From: an uncultured virus (IMG/VR IMGVR_UViG_3300044609_001498)
Lineage: Duplodnaviria; Heunggongvirae; Uroviricota; Caudoviricetes
IMG/VR virus record: IMGVR_UViG_3300044609_001498
Length of the DNA stretch: 64,000 nucleotides
Strand: one strand, 5' to 3'
Shown here: piece by piece, positions 9,976-19,892 of the stretch
How positions within the stretch are numbered: the stretch's first letter is position 1
How the letters are laid out: every line of letters begins with the position of its first letter
Translations under genes and position numbers: made by a program
Notes under the pieces: generated by a model
Databases searched by the model: none
The model's input: the letters and a program-made list of their open reading frames with translations, nothing else
Told to the model about the DNA's origin: nothing

Positions 9976-10992
9976 TCATTCATTCTGATAGTAAATTCTA
10001 TTTAGTTCTTTGAAAAGATCTATATTATTTTCATTTAATTCTATATGTCTTTTCATTTTATTGTTAATCAAAATTGTGATATTCTTTATATCATTTGGAT
10101 GACCTAGTGTTTTAATAGACCACTGAAATTTTTCTATTTTATTAAAATTTACTATTTTTTCATTATTGACTATTACAACTACATCTGTAGGTTTTTCTGA
10201 AGCTTCATTCCAAACTAAAAATCTAATTTCATCTGAAGAATGATCATAAAAAGGAATTGCCCACTGCATTTCAAATTCGCCTTTATGAAAATCCACCATT
10301 CTAAGTATATTTCCGTTCTTCATTATCAAATTGTGATCTTTAAAGAGAACTTTTCTATTTTCAGAAGTGTATATTCGGTGAGTTCTTACTTCTGTAGTTT
10401 TAGAAGCACTATTTTCAATTTCATTTAAAATTTCTTCTCTGTCAAACTTAAATATGCTTTCTGGCATACTTGATATTTTCGCTGCATGAAAATTACCGAT
10501 TCCATATTCTAAGGTATCAAAAACTGAATCATTTTTGGTATATAGAATAGCATCATATTCATCTAATGCACGAGAATTATTGTAAAATTCTGTAAAATCT
10601 TGGAAGTATGCATCATATTCAATAAATTGTACTTTTTCATATCCAAATGCTTTAGACATTGCATATCCCGTAATTAGTTGTTTATGCAGAGTTAAGTAAG
10701 TATTTCCACTCCCAAAAAAGATAGATTGAATTCTCATAGTATCATTAGGAGAAAACCACGGCTCATTCTGATATATCCAATCTTTCAACAGCTCATTGTC
10801 TTCATCATATATAGACCAGTTTACTCTTTCTTGAACGTCTGTGCTTATTGGAGTGTGACTTATTACCATAAGATCAAAATCCTTTCTAACTGGTTGTAGA
10901 CCTATCACTAAATCAAGAAGAATTGCTCTTCTGTCTTCGGATGGACAATGAGCAGTTATAATTATAAGATCTTTTTTCTTCTGCATATACAT
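9976..10992 (-). CDS. putative GT-A-like protein (local paralog family)
   Basis: KDLIIITAH..DLMVISH..GYEKVQFIEYD. Confidence 0.55.
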   Translation of the reverse strand: MYMQKKKDLIIITAHCPSEDRRAILLDLVIGLQPVRKDFDLMVISHTPISTDVQERVNWSIYDEDNELLKDWIYQNEPWFSPNDTMRIQSIFFGSGNTYLTLHKQLITGYAMSKAFGYEKVQFIEYDAYFQDFTEFYNNSRALDEYDAILYTKNDSVFDTLEYGIGNFHAAKISSMPESIFKFDREEILNEIENSASKTTEVRTHRIYTSENRKVLFKDHNLIMKNGNILRMVDFHKGEFEMQWAIPFYDHSSDEIRFLVWNEASEKPTDVVVIVNNEKIVNFNKIEKFQWSIKTLGHPNDIKNITILINNKMKRHIELNENNIDLFKELNRIYYQNE

Positions 10993-11972
10993 TATCTGTT
11001 ATAATACACTTGATTCATTGAGATTTTTTCGTATCTATCAGTAAAGTCTACCACTTTATTGTTATAAGTAAAGATTATGCTCCTAATATTTGTAGAACTG
11101 TAAGGAAATTCAATAATTTCCCATTCTTTAATATTTTTTATAAATTTTTCTCCATTGATTTCAATTTCAATTTCAATTTCATGATTAAAGTCATAAAGAC
11201 AAATTCTTAAATTATCAGTTAAATCAATCCAACCTAAAGTATCATGCTCATGTTGAGTTTTATCATTTTTTGATAAAAACATTTTAAAATCATCGAACAT
11301 TGAATAATTAAAAAAATCGAAATTTTCATAGTAATATATTCTATCTTTTACACAATGATTTGAAATTTTGATTGGAAATTTCTTAGTCCATTTTGAAGCT
11401 TCATTTTCTGCAAATCCATAATCATTTCGATATGAATTGAGATCTATTTCTTTCTCTATACTTTCCATTATTTCTCTATCAAAAATCATAAAGTGTAAAG
11501 TAGTTTCCCAAAGTTTTGTAGGATCTCTAGGATCTCTTCTAGGGTGTATTAAATTTACTTCTGAACCTATCAATTCACTTTCGATAATTTCATCAATTTC
11601 AACATCATAGATCATATGATAGAAAATATCATAATCGAATGTCAGCGCAATTTGTGATAATTTTTTTGTTTGATATAATGCAGACCATCCATAATCTGGT
11701 AAACATTCATGAAACATAATAGATCTACCGTCTTCTAAAGGTCTTCTTCTCCAGTGAGTAAATGCTTTATCAGGCCATTTTAATACAGGATTTTCTTTAG
11801 TATAAAAGAAAAAGTCACATAAATCTATAATATCATTTTTAATAGGAATGAAATTTGGTCCGAGTGCCATTACATCTACTCCCAGACTCTTGATTTTAAT
11901 GATAGTTTCCCTTAAAACATTTTGCTTTTCTTCTGTATCACAAAAAGTACTTATAAGCGCGATCTTTTTCAT
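10992..11972 (-). CDS. putative GT-A-like protein (local paralog family, divergent)
   Basis: KIALISTFCDTEEK..DYDIFYHMIYD. Confidence 0.5.
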   Translation of the reverse strand: MKKIALISTFCDTEEKQNVLRETIIKIKSLGVDVMALGPNFIPIKNDIIDLCDFFFYTKENPVLKWPDKAFTHWRRRPLEDGRSIMFHECLPDYGWSALYQTKKLSQIALTFDYDIFYHMIYDVEIDEIIESELIGSEVNLIHPRRDPRDPTKLWETTLHFMIFDREIMESIEKEIDLNSYRNDYGFAENEASKWTKKFPIKISNHCVKDRIYYYENFDFFNYSMFDDFKMFLSKNDKTQHEHDTLGWIDLTDNLRICLYDFNHEIEIEIEINGEKFIKNIKEWEIIEFPYSSTNIRSIIFTYNNKVVDFTDRYEKISMNQVYYNR

Positions 11973-12005
11973 AATTTTTCTTGAACTCGATAAAATTAAA
12001 TTCTT

Positions 12006-12617
12006 TCATATTTTTAATTTTTTTGCTGGCAACCCTACATAAATTCCAGGCTCCATTACATTTTTAACTAAACCACAGTTCAAACCCAGAGTCACATCAT
12101 CACAAACTTTTAATTTTTCTCTAATTGATGAATTTGATCCCATATATAACCGGTTTCCCGCTGTTACATTACCTGATATAATTGCTCCGGGCATCATGCT
12201 TAAATAGTCACCTACTACAGTATCGTGACCGATATGATTACCTCTGTTTAAGATTGCATGATTTCCAAGATGCACATTTGTGGTAATTATCGAAAAAGCT
12301 CCGATAAAAGAACCTTCTCCGATACTGAAATTTCCAAAATCAAAAACAATAGCAGCATTATGAATAAAGGTAAAAAATTCAGTTTCGGCAGGTAGCCTTT
12401 TAACCATCATTTCTCTATCTTTAGGATCTGCGACTGCTACCATCATCATCATTTCTTCTGGATTGAATTCTGAAATCGGCTTAGCTAGATCATTCGCATA
12501 CTCATCATCTACATAGAACTGTAATTCTAGATTTTCTTTCTCAATGATGTCTTTCATCTGAAAAGAAACCTCTCTAGCATGGCCACCGAATCCATATATT
12601 GCCAGACTCTTACTCAT
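12006..12617 (-). CDS. NeuD/PglD/PerB-family sugar acetyltransferase
   Basis: IYGFGGHAREV N-terminus, hexapeptide repeats, IGHD, YVGLPAK; likely start 12617. Confidence 0.9.
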   Translation of the reverse strand: MSKSLAIYGFGGHAREVSFQMKDIIEKENLELQFYVDDEYANDLAKPISEFNPEEMMMMVAVADPKDREMMVKRLPAETEFFTFIHNAAIVFDFGNFSIGEGSFIGAFSIITTNVHLGNHAILNRGNHIGHDTVVGDYLSMMPGAIISGNVTAGNRLYMGSNSSIREKLKVCDDVTLGLNCGLVKNVMEPGIYVGLPAKKLKI

Positions 12618-13257
12618 CTTCTCTGTTTGCTTTTGTATAAATCTCAAATTTAGAGAGATCTGGATATGGAAGCTCTAGATCAGGATTGTGCTTCTTTGTT
12701 CCATCTGTGTTGTAGAATTGGTTAATCAAGAGGAGACCTCGAGCTGCTAGTTCAGGCATCATATAGAAATTCCAACCCAACATATCGAAGTGATCATCAT
12801 GATAAGAAGTTTCCCTTCGACCTGAATAACGTGCTCTCTTGAACCACAGATATGCATCGTAGTTATCAGTTAGAATAGCTCCACCCTTTGACAACTTAAA
12901 ATGTTTGTAGGGACCTGTAAAAGAAATACACATATGAGTTCCAGGTTTGTACATATCAGCAGTAAAAGCCAGAGCCGAATCCCAAACATTAGTAGGTTCA
13001 AGCTGATATGCACCTTTAATTTTTTTTCCTTTCACGGGAGTAAAGTTAACCTTTGCTCCTGCGTGAATAATTTCACAAGGAACTGATGGGTAAGTTCGGG
13101 AAGGGATTGTAATTTCTATTCCTTTTACTCCCTCGTACATAAGAGCAAGAAAAAGAGCATTAGACTGATTATCTACAGTTATTGCGAATTTTGCTCCTGT
13201 ATACTCAGCAAGTTTTTGTTCAAAATCTTCAGTGATTTTGTAAATTCCGTTAGCCAT
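12610..13257 (-). CDS. DegT/DnrJ/EryC1/StrS-family aminotransferase (short form)
   Basis: FEQKLAEYTGAKFAI, DSA, SFTGPYKHF..GGAILTDN, GWNFYM. Confidence 0.85.
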   Translation of the reverse strand: MANGIYKITEDFEQKLAEYTGAKFAITVDNQSNALFLALMYEGVKGIEITIPSRTYPSVPCEIIHAGAKVNFTPVKGKKIKGAYQLEPTNVWDSALAFTADMYKPGTHMCISFTGPYKHFKLSKGGAILTDNYDAYLWFKRARYSGRRETSYHDDHFDMLGWNFYMMPELAARGLLLINQFYNTDGTKKHNPDLELPYPDLSKFEIYTKANREDE

Positions 13258-13260
13258 TTT

Positions 13261-16200
13261 TTATAAAAAGTTTTTTAGTTGATAGATTACATCTTCGGGT
13301 TGAATAGATTTGCTACATTCAAATTGTCTCGTAGTTCCTTTCTGATCTGGACACCAATTCCAATCACCTGCATCTAATCTAAATCTATTGAAACATCCAT
13401 TGCAGACATTTGGATTCCAAATTCTGAGAAGATTTTCATCTTCAAATTCAGTATGTGGTTTACTGAATCCAGAGATCATTACTACTTTAGTTCCTGATGC
13501 CCAGGCCAACCAACTTAAACCTGATCCAACTCCAATAAATGCATCTGCATGAGCCAGATAATTAATTCGATCGCTTAGAGGAAAATTACCAGATCTATCG
13601 ATAATTCCTTCAGGCGCCGCATTGCCCATATAAGTTCCAGTTTCTTTGGAAATAAGGACTACTTCGTATCCTTCAGATTTCAAATAGTCTACTACAGTTT
13701 GCCATCCATGTGGATGATTCCAATATTTAGCTTGTGCGGTTGCATGGATTCCAATGCAAATATATTTTCCTTCAATTGGTCTTCCAGTTTGGGGCTTGAC
13801 TAATCTTGGTTTGTACGTCTTTAAATCTAATCCTAAAATATCTGATGCAGCTTGTTGCATAGGAATATCTCTAAAATGGCACGGGTGCATTGAAGTATTA
13901 TAAGTATCAGAATCTCTTTCATAGAACCATCCGATTTTATATCCTGCATAAATATTAGGTACTCCAACTCCTCTTTCTACAAACTGGATGCTAGGATATT
14001 CAGATCTGAAAAGATCATTTTTAAAAGTACTGACTATTAATTTGCAATTATGCTTCTTCTGGAATTCTTCTATTGGTGCAAACCAAGCGATAGTATCTCC
14101 TAAAGATTCAGATTCTAAAGAAATAAATACTCTCTTTTCATTTAGATCGAAATGATGTTCGAATATTACTTTGTCTTTACTTAAGTCAGTGACTTTTACC
14201 AACCAATCTACATAGTATTCTCTGCTACATCCTACCCAACAGTTATTTTCGATATTATGTGTATAAACAGCTTTGTTCTCTTTTTTATCGATAAATTCTA
14301 CTCGATATTTTCCTTTCTTTACTCGAGTAGTTAGTTCTAACCAAGGGCCTTTAACAAAATGAAATGAAATAATCTCTGAATCTTCTATTAGGGATTCTGA
14401 TTCAAATTCTTCAGATGTTTTTAGTCTTCCGGGATTATCTAGAGAAACTATCAACCGATTCTTTGTCTTCAGATCCTCTACTCTGATTTCTTCGGGTATG
14501 CTTGCTTCTCTTTCTAACTTAACAAATTTCTGAGTGCTAAAATCCAAGTCTAAATATTTGTCACCTTGTAAAATTCTAAAACTCGATTCAGATCCAGGCT
14601 TTCCGCTTAGATAAAGGAAAAGATCTCCAGATTGATTGATACAGGGAAGAACTATTGAACCTGACAAAGAAGTAACTTCAAAAGAAGAAAGAAGATCAAA
14701 TTTACTATGACCTTGTACTTCAGATGTTTGCAAAATTGATCGAGTATAAGGTGAAGAATTTACCAGTTTTGTAATAACATTTTCTATAGAAGAGCTTTCT
14801 GGAGAATAATTTACATATTCTTCTGGTGTGTTAATCTTAAATAGAAGATTCATGAATTTTTGAACATCTACCGAAAAAAGACCGGTGTTTATGAGATTGT
14901 CTTTCCAATGAGTACCCACAAAAAAGTCACTACTCTCTTCGACTTGTTCTTCTAGAGTCTTTAGAGTCTTTTCATCAAAAAGAAGATAATCATAATTCAC
15001 AAAATATATTCTCTCGAATCCTTCAACAAACGCAAATCTTAGTGCTCTTTTTAGAAGATCATAAACTGCATATCCATAGTCATTTCTTTGTGTATGAGTT
15101 AATTCGAAGGCCTCTCCTTTAAGCAAAAGCCGAGGAAAGGGTTTCCTATTACCCCACTCTTCAAGAGTAAAGACAGGATTCTCTTTAACTACCAGGGTAT
15201 AATTTGAATCTACATTGGTAGGGATATGACTCATTACTAGAGTTTTATATCCTTGACGTTTGATCTCATGATTACATATTTTTAGATATGCTTCTCTCTC
15301 CTCGTTATCGGGGTGCGATAGAATAACTACAAGATCTTTAGTCCCGGACTTTCCAGTTGCGTCTTCTTGATTCATTAAGAGCTTCAAGTATTCGAAGCCG
15401 GTTTTTGCAACTCTTGACCATGAAAATTCTTCTCTGATACGAAGTACTTGTTCCATCGCTTCAGCTTTCTTTTCATTCCAATTCTCGTAAGTTTCTCTTA
15501 ATGCTCTCTTTAGATCATCATAGTCTGGCTCACAATAGTCACCTGGTAAGTATCCTTGAAACCAAGACTTACCAGTACCTAGTTCAGCTTTACGCATTTC
15601 TGTGTACTGAACTGGAGTTCCGATACCTTCTGCAAATTCTAGCTGAGCTCCGTAATTTGAATAGATGACTGGTGTTCCAGCTGCAATTGCTTCTGCTAAT
15701 GGAATATTCCAACCTTCACTTCGAGCACATGTTACAAGAACATGTCCTGTCTTTACAAAATTTGCATAATCAGATCTAGAAGGAAAGTGTTTTATCTTTA
15801 TCCTATCGTCCTGTAAGCCATGAAATTCTAATCTCTCTTCGGTAGAATTCATTCCATCAATAGAGAACAAGTTATCAGCACTTAAAATAAAGTCTACCTC
15901 TTCTTCGGGTTTGAATTCTTCTAGAAAAGACTTGAGAATTTCAGGTACCGCTTTTCTATAATCCCATCTACCGAAGAAAAGAAACTTAAATCTATTATCA
16001 GAATAATCTGGTAGAATTTCAGTAACTGTACTATTATGAAACTCCTCATCAATTCCTTCTGGGACTACAAATATTCGGTGTAGGGGATATCCCTGTTCTA
16101 GCAACATTTCTCTGTGCCATTTTGTAGGAACAAAGATGTGAGTAAAATTATTCTGAATTGCTCTGTAGAAATTGTCTTCTAAGCGAGTTGTCTCCCATAC

Positions 16201-16602
16201 AAGATATGCAATTCTGATCTTTACTCTGGGATCGGGCTTTTCATAATAGTAATAGTGATTAGTGTCCATCAACACAATATCAATATCTGGTACAAATTCG
16301 CTCTCTCCTCTAAAATCTTTAAAGCTTAGATGAGACCAGGCTTCTACGTGCTGCATTGGAAAATCTTCAAAACTTCCTCCACCCCCTTCTTCCAATTCGT
16401 GTATACCTGAAGTATTTAAACTGATAGTTTCTAGAATTTGATAATCTCTATCGACGAGGTGACTTTCGGGTTTATCATCCCACGTGTAATTTCGAACTCG
16501 TAAATCTGTGTGGTATGAAAGATTTCTAAAAAATCCTCTAGCATGTGCGGCAAATCCAGTTTTGCCAATATAACATGTATGTGCTCTTATTTTTATTTCC
16601 AT
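13261..16602 (-). CDS. GT4 glycosyltransferase + paralog domain + Aah/TibC-type (autotransporter) O-heptosyltransferase fusion
   Basis: GT4: FGRWDYRK..SEGWNIPLAEA; C-terminal FHFVKGP, SLGDTIAWF..FQKKHNC, FIGVGSGLSWLAW, Cys cluster CNGC..WNWCP..FECSK. Confidence 0.85.
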   Translation of the reverse strand: MEIKIRAHTCYIGKTGFAAHARGFFRNLSYHTDLRVRNYTWDDKPESHLVDRDYQILETISLNTSGIHELEEGGGGSFEDFPMQHVEAWSHLSFKDFRGESEFVPDIDIVLMDTNHYYYYEKPDPRVKIRIAYLVWETTRLEDNFYRAIQNNFTHIFVPTKWHREMLLEQGYPLHRIFVVPEGIDEEFHNSTVTEILPDYSDNRFKFLFFGRWDYRKAVPEILKSFLEEFKPEEEVDFILSADNLFSIDGMNSTEERLEFHGLQDDRIKIKHFPSRSDYANFVKTGHVLVTCARSEGWNIPLAEAIAAGTPVIYSNYGAQLEFAEGIGTPVQYTEMRKAELGTGKSWFQGYLPGDYCEPDYDDLKRALRETYENWNEKKAEAMEQVLRIREEFSWSRVAKTGFEYLKLLMNQEDATGKSGTKDLVVILSHPDNEEREAYLKICNHEIKRQGYKTLVMSHIPTNVDSNYTLVVKENPVFTLEEWGNRKPFPRLLLKGEAFELTHTQRNDYGYAVYDLLKRALRFAFVEGFERIYFVNYDYLLFDEKTLKTLEEQVEESSDFFVGTHWKDNLINTGLFSVDVQKFMNLLFKINTPEEYVNYSPESSSIENVITKLVNSSPYTRSILQTSEVQGHSKFDLLSSFEVTSLSGSIVLPCINQSGDLFLYLSGKPGSESSFRILQGDKYLDLDFSTQKFVKLEREASIPEEIRVEDLKTKNRLIVSLDNPGRLKTSEEFESESLIEDSEIISFHFVKGPWLELTTRVKKGKYRVEFIDKKENKAVYTHNIENNCWVGCSREYYVDWLVKVTDLSKDKVIFEHHFDLNEKRVFISLESESLGDTIAWFAPIEEFQKKHNCKLIVSTFKNDLFRSEYPSIQFVERGVGVPNIYAGYKIGWFYERDSDTYNTSMHPCHFRDIPMQQAASDILGLDLKTYKPRLVKPQTGRPIEGKYICIGIHATAQAKYWNHPHGWQTVVDYLKSEGYEVVLISKETGTYMGNAAPEGIIDRSGNFPLSDRINYLAHADAFIGVGSGLSWLAWASGTKVVMISGFSKPHTEFEDENLLRIWNPNVCNGCFNRFRLDAGDWNWCPDQKGTTRQFECSKSIQPEDVIYQLKNFL

Positions 16603-16883
16603 TTATCGTATCTTAATTTCGAGATCCAATCGTGAACTTCTGTACACAATTCATATTCTTCCATTTCTTCGATAGCTGGAAGATTTGTTTCGAGAGTATC
16701 TAAATAATTTTCTTTAGTGCAATAAATATCAAGGCCATCTGGTTCGATAGTGGCCAAAGTTACTTTATCGACTTTGCTTCTTAAAGCTTCGCATATTTTC
16801 TTACACACGTTAATGTGCATATCATCTGAGTAGCGATGAACAAGTTCCTCTACGCTCTCATCATCCCTTCTTTGAAGAATCAT
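16593..16883 (-). CDS. hypothetical protein
   Basis: Likely start MILQRR at 16883; C-terminal EEYELC motif. Confidence 0.6.
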   Translation of the reverse strand: MILQRRDDESVEELVHRYSDDMHINVCKKICEALRSKVDKVTLATIEPDGLDIYCTKENYLDTLETNLPAIEEMEEYELCTEVHDWISKLRYDKWK

Positions 16884-17193
16884 TGTACTGATCGTAATCG
16901 AGTTTTTGGTAAATTGGTTCTTTCTTCGGGCTTTCAATCTTTCCGTGTAAGATATCAAGCAAATAATCTATTCCTTCGTCCATGTCATTTCCACGGTAAG
17001 AAAAGATCATTTTTGTCTGATCAGCTTTACCTCGATTAGATGCTTCAAAACATGAAGTATGGATTCCATATCTTCTATGATCTGCAATCGTAATTCGAAA
17101 GTGTCTATTTTTCCATTTGATATGGACTGCGGAGGCTTTAGTATCTGAGGGTAGATCTCTGATAAAGGTTGGATTCACAAATTCATCTTCCAT
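16861..17193 (-). CDS. hypothetical protein
   Basis: ORF preceded by AAAC-N17-TATAAT. Confidence 0.65.
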   Translation of the reverse strand: MEDEFVNPTFIRDLPSDTKASAVHIKWKNRHFRITIADHRRYGIHTSCFEASNRGKADQTKMIFSYRGNDMDEGIDYLLDILHGKIESPKKEPIYQKLDYDQYNDSSKKG

Positions 17194-17197
17194 AAGT

Positions 17198-17224
17198 ATT
17201 ATATAAGAAAGGGAAGAAGAGTTT
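17198..17224 (-). promoter_or_regulatory. phage promoter motif AAAC-N17-TAWAA(T/A/C), one of nine copies
   Basis: Exact 17-nt spacing also at 19614-19640, 20879-20905, 25444-25470, 28667-28693, 43736-43762, 45440-45466, 53081-53107 and 63467-63493, each just upstream of a start codon. Confidence 0.75.
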
Positions 17225-17915
17225 AAGATCTTACTCCAAGTTTAGTTCTAATAGACTGAAGAGAAGATTTTATGATTTGATTAACTCGAGTACGAGTTAA
17301 ACCATATCTTTCTGAAATAAGATCTTTGGATAGTTCGTATTCTCTATCAATTCCATAATATGCAAGAACAATTTCTCTATCTCTTTCATTTATACAATCA
17401 ATACACTTTTTAACGAAGAATTTTGCATATTCGAGATTTTCTCCTTTTGTGTATTCGCATTCAGCTGGAAAGAAGTTTTCATTTGACCTATCATCGTCTT
17501 CGCTAACATTGGTATCAAGACTGATTGATTTTTCAATTTCCACCTTTCCTAATATTTTCCTCATGTCATTGATAACATTCATCGGAAGTCTAACTTGTCT
17601 TCCTTTTTGAGATATTGCGAAAAGAATAGCTTGTCTTATCCACCATGAAGCATAGGTAGAAAATCTGTTTCCTTTGTCTCCATCGTAACGAGTTGCAGCT
17701 TCGATTAAACCTAGATTTCCTTCTGCTACGATGTCTTCAAAATCCAAACCTGCATTTTGATATGATTGAGCTATCTTAAGAACTAATCTAAGATTGTGCT
17801 TAATCAAAATTTCTAGAGAAGCTTTATCGCCCTTTTTAATTTCTCTAGATAAGATTACTTCTTCTTCATAAGAAAGTAATCTAATTTTCCTGATTTCTTT
17901 GTAATAATTTTCCAT
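17223..17915 (-). CDS. RpoD/SigA-like sigma-70 factor
   Basis: Region 1.2 LLSYEEE; region 2 NLRLVLKIA..EGNLGLIEAA..RFSTYASWWIRQAI; region 4 HTH LTRTRVNQI. Confidence 0.95.
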   Translation of the reverse strand: MENYYKEIRKIRLLSYEEEVILSREIKKGDKASLEILIKHNLRLVLKIAQSYQNAGLDFEDIVAEGNLGLIEAATRYDGDKGNRFSTYASWWIRQAILFAISQKGRQVRLPMNVINDMRKILGKVEIEKSISLDTNVSEDDDRSNENFFPAECEYTKGENLEYAKFFVKKCIDCINERDREIVLAYYGIDREYELSKDLISERYGLTRTRVNQIIKSSLQSIRTKLGVRS

Positions 17916-17943
17916 TGTATTTTAGGTAAGTTAAATATTAATT

Positions 17944-17951
17944 CAAAAATA
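17944..17951 (-). promoter_or_regulatory. Bacteroidota housekeeping -7 promoter element (TAnnTTTG)
   Basis: TATTTTTG on the minus strand about 30 nt upstream of the sigma gene start, in an AT-rich gap after a terminator. Confidence 0.5.
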
Positions 17952-18044
17952 ATAAAAGTTTTAGAAAAGTAAATAGGTAATATTAACATGTTTTAAACAT
18001 TTTTATTTAATGTATAAAAATTAATACATTTGAGCTTCTGAGAC

Positions 18045-18070
18045 AAAAAAGGAGCCTCTTTTGAGGCTCC
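18045..18070 (-). terminator. intrinsic terminator
   Basis: GGAGCCTC-AAAA-GAGGCTCC followed by T6 on the minus strand. Confidence 0.9.
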
Positions 18071-18131
18071 TGTGCATGAAAAGCTAGATCAGGGGAAGAT
18101 ACTTACAGCTATAACATGCAATATTTCTTCG

Positions 18132-19598
18132 TTATTTGACTACGTTTGCCATCAAAGTAGCCTTAACACCCGTTTCTTTATGTATAACATAAGCATGAAG
18201 AGCTCTAGTTGAACCTTCATACCCATGATTATGATGCCATCTATCGCTGCCAGATAGGCTTGGCATTTGGAATACTCTAACTCCATTATAATCTTTTACT
18301 ACTTCATGATGTAAATGTCCGGTAAAGAAGACTTTGTTCGAACACTTAGACCATTCTTCCGGAGCCTCATTTGCCATCAACATTGGTAAATCTGAATGTT
18401 TTGCCCCATCACCGTGAGTGAATCCCATTAAAGTTTTTCCGTAGGTAAAATACTGTCTAAAACGATGAGACTCTAAAACATTAACATCGTCTGCATTCCG
18501 ATAGTATGCACCCAAGAATTGTAAAAGAGCATGTGATAATTTAAAGTCGTGGTTTCCTGCAGCTAATACAATTTCCACGTTAGCCACCTGTCTCATGATA
18601 TCGATAAATTCTACCATCAACTGGTTTCCTTCTACCATTATCTGAACATAAGTTCCATCACAGTCTTGAGGAGTACCTTTTGTGGTAGTTCCACCCAGAG
18701 TATCAATATGAAAAAAGTCAGAGCCTACTGGAATAATAACCTTTTCTACACTATACTTGATAATATCTGGAATCAGGCTTCTTGTCTTTTCGAGTAAAAG
18801 CTCTTTAGCAATCTGGCGATTATATTGCTCCATTACTTCACCTGACCATGAATATTTTCCATAGTGTAGATCGTAGGGAGAAATAACTACTGCATGAGGT
18901 TCACCTTCTGGAAGCTTTAGCTTTTCAACTTTGTAGCTTAAAAGATAGTCTTTCATTTTTTCTATGAAAGGATTCACCTTTAATCCCTGAAAAGCCCACC
19001 AATTAGAAGCTGCATCTTGAAGCATTTTTTCTTCTTTTCGAGTGTACTTTTGAAAATAGGAAAATTTTCTCTTCTGTAGAAGATCGTTAACCATTTCGTC
19101 CAAGTCTTTGTTCATCAATTCTTCCTCGGTAACTGGCTCTGAATCGTGAGTCCAGCCGAAAGTGGTTTTTATATGAACAAAAATATTTCTGGGTATTTCA
19201 AAGTTCCTACAGATTTCATTGATTGTTTCTGGCGATCCATCCATGTTTGAATATCTCGCTTTCATATCTCTAACAATCGTACCAGTAAATCTGTAAGGCT
19301 TATTTTTGATATGTACTATGTAGAGATCTTTAATCTCATCATAATAATAACTTTGTTCATGTTGGTATCTATCTGCGAAAGTGCTTTCTTCTTTTTCAAG
19401 CTCTTCAGAAATCTCCTGAAACGGAGCTGATTCAACAGCTTTGTTGATAAATGTAGAAATCGCTCTTCTGAATGAATCCATGTTAGAAATCTCTAGCGAG
19501 AAATCTTCGATAAGCTTTCGCGAGATTTGCGAGTAATTAAGTCCCTGAGAATAGAATTCCAGAATTTCTTCTGAATATTTTCTAATAATATCCTGCAT
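18132..19598 (-). CDS. metallophosphoesterase with N-terminal HTH-like region
   Basis: DLHYG, GSDFFH, GNHD, THGD, GHLHH. Confidence 0.85.
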   Translation of the reverse strand: MQDIIRKYSEEILEFYSQGLNYSQISRKLIEDFSLEISNMDSFRRAISTFINKAVESAPFQEISEELEKEESTFADRYQHEQSYYYDEIKDLYIVHIKNKPYRFTGTIVRDMKARYSNMDGSPETINEICRNFEIPRNIFVHIKTTFGWTHDSEPVTEEELMNKDLDEMVNDLLQKRKFSYFQKYTRKEEKMLQDAASNWWAFQGLKVNPFIEKMKDYLLSYKVEKLKLPEGEPHAVVISPYDLHYGKYSWSGEVMEQYNRQIAKELLLEKTRSLIPDIIKYSVEKVIIPVGSDFFHIDTLGGTTTKGTPQDCDGTYVQIMVEGNQLMVEFIDIMRQVANVEIVLAAGNHDFKLSHALLQFLGAYYRNADDVNVLESHRFRQYFTYGKTLMGFTHGDGAKHSDLPMLMANEAPEEWSKCSNKVFFTGHLHHEVVKDYNGVRVFQMPSLSGSDRWHHNHGYEGSTRALHAYVIHKETGVKATLMANVVK

Positions 19599-19604
19599 CT
19601 AATA

Positions 19605-19892
19605 TTATTTATTTTTATATAAAAGTTTCTTAAAAAGTTTAAGAATCAAAGAAAATGGATAAGTAATTGCTCTAGATAAAAGAGCATTTGAAACTTCTCT
19701 TTTGTAGTTTTTTATTTGTCTGTTGTACTCAATTGGAGATATTTTTCTTTCAGAAAATTCCTTTAGAGTTTCTAAATTGTGATTATCAACTTCTTTAACT
19801 ATTTTTTCTGCTATTTCGTTTCTCTCGCTCTTCATTACCCGGAAAAAGTAAAATATTACAAGAGAGAGATATGCCAATATAAAGATCATCAT
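19605..19892 (-). CDS. small membrane protein
   Basis: N-terminal hydrophobic helix; ATGA overlap. Confidence 0.6.
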   Translation of the reverse strand: MMIFILAYLSLVIFYFFRVMKSERNEIAEKIVKEVDNHNLETLKEFSERKISPIEYNRQIKNYKREVSNALLSRAITYPFSLILKLFKKLLYKNK

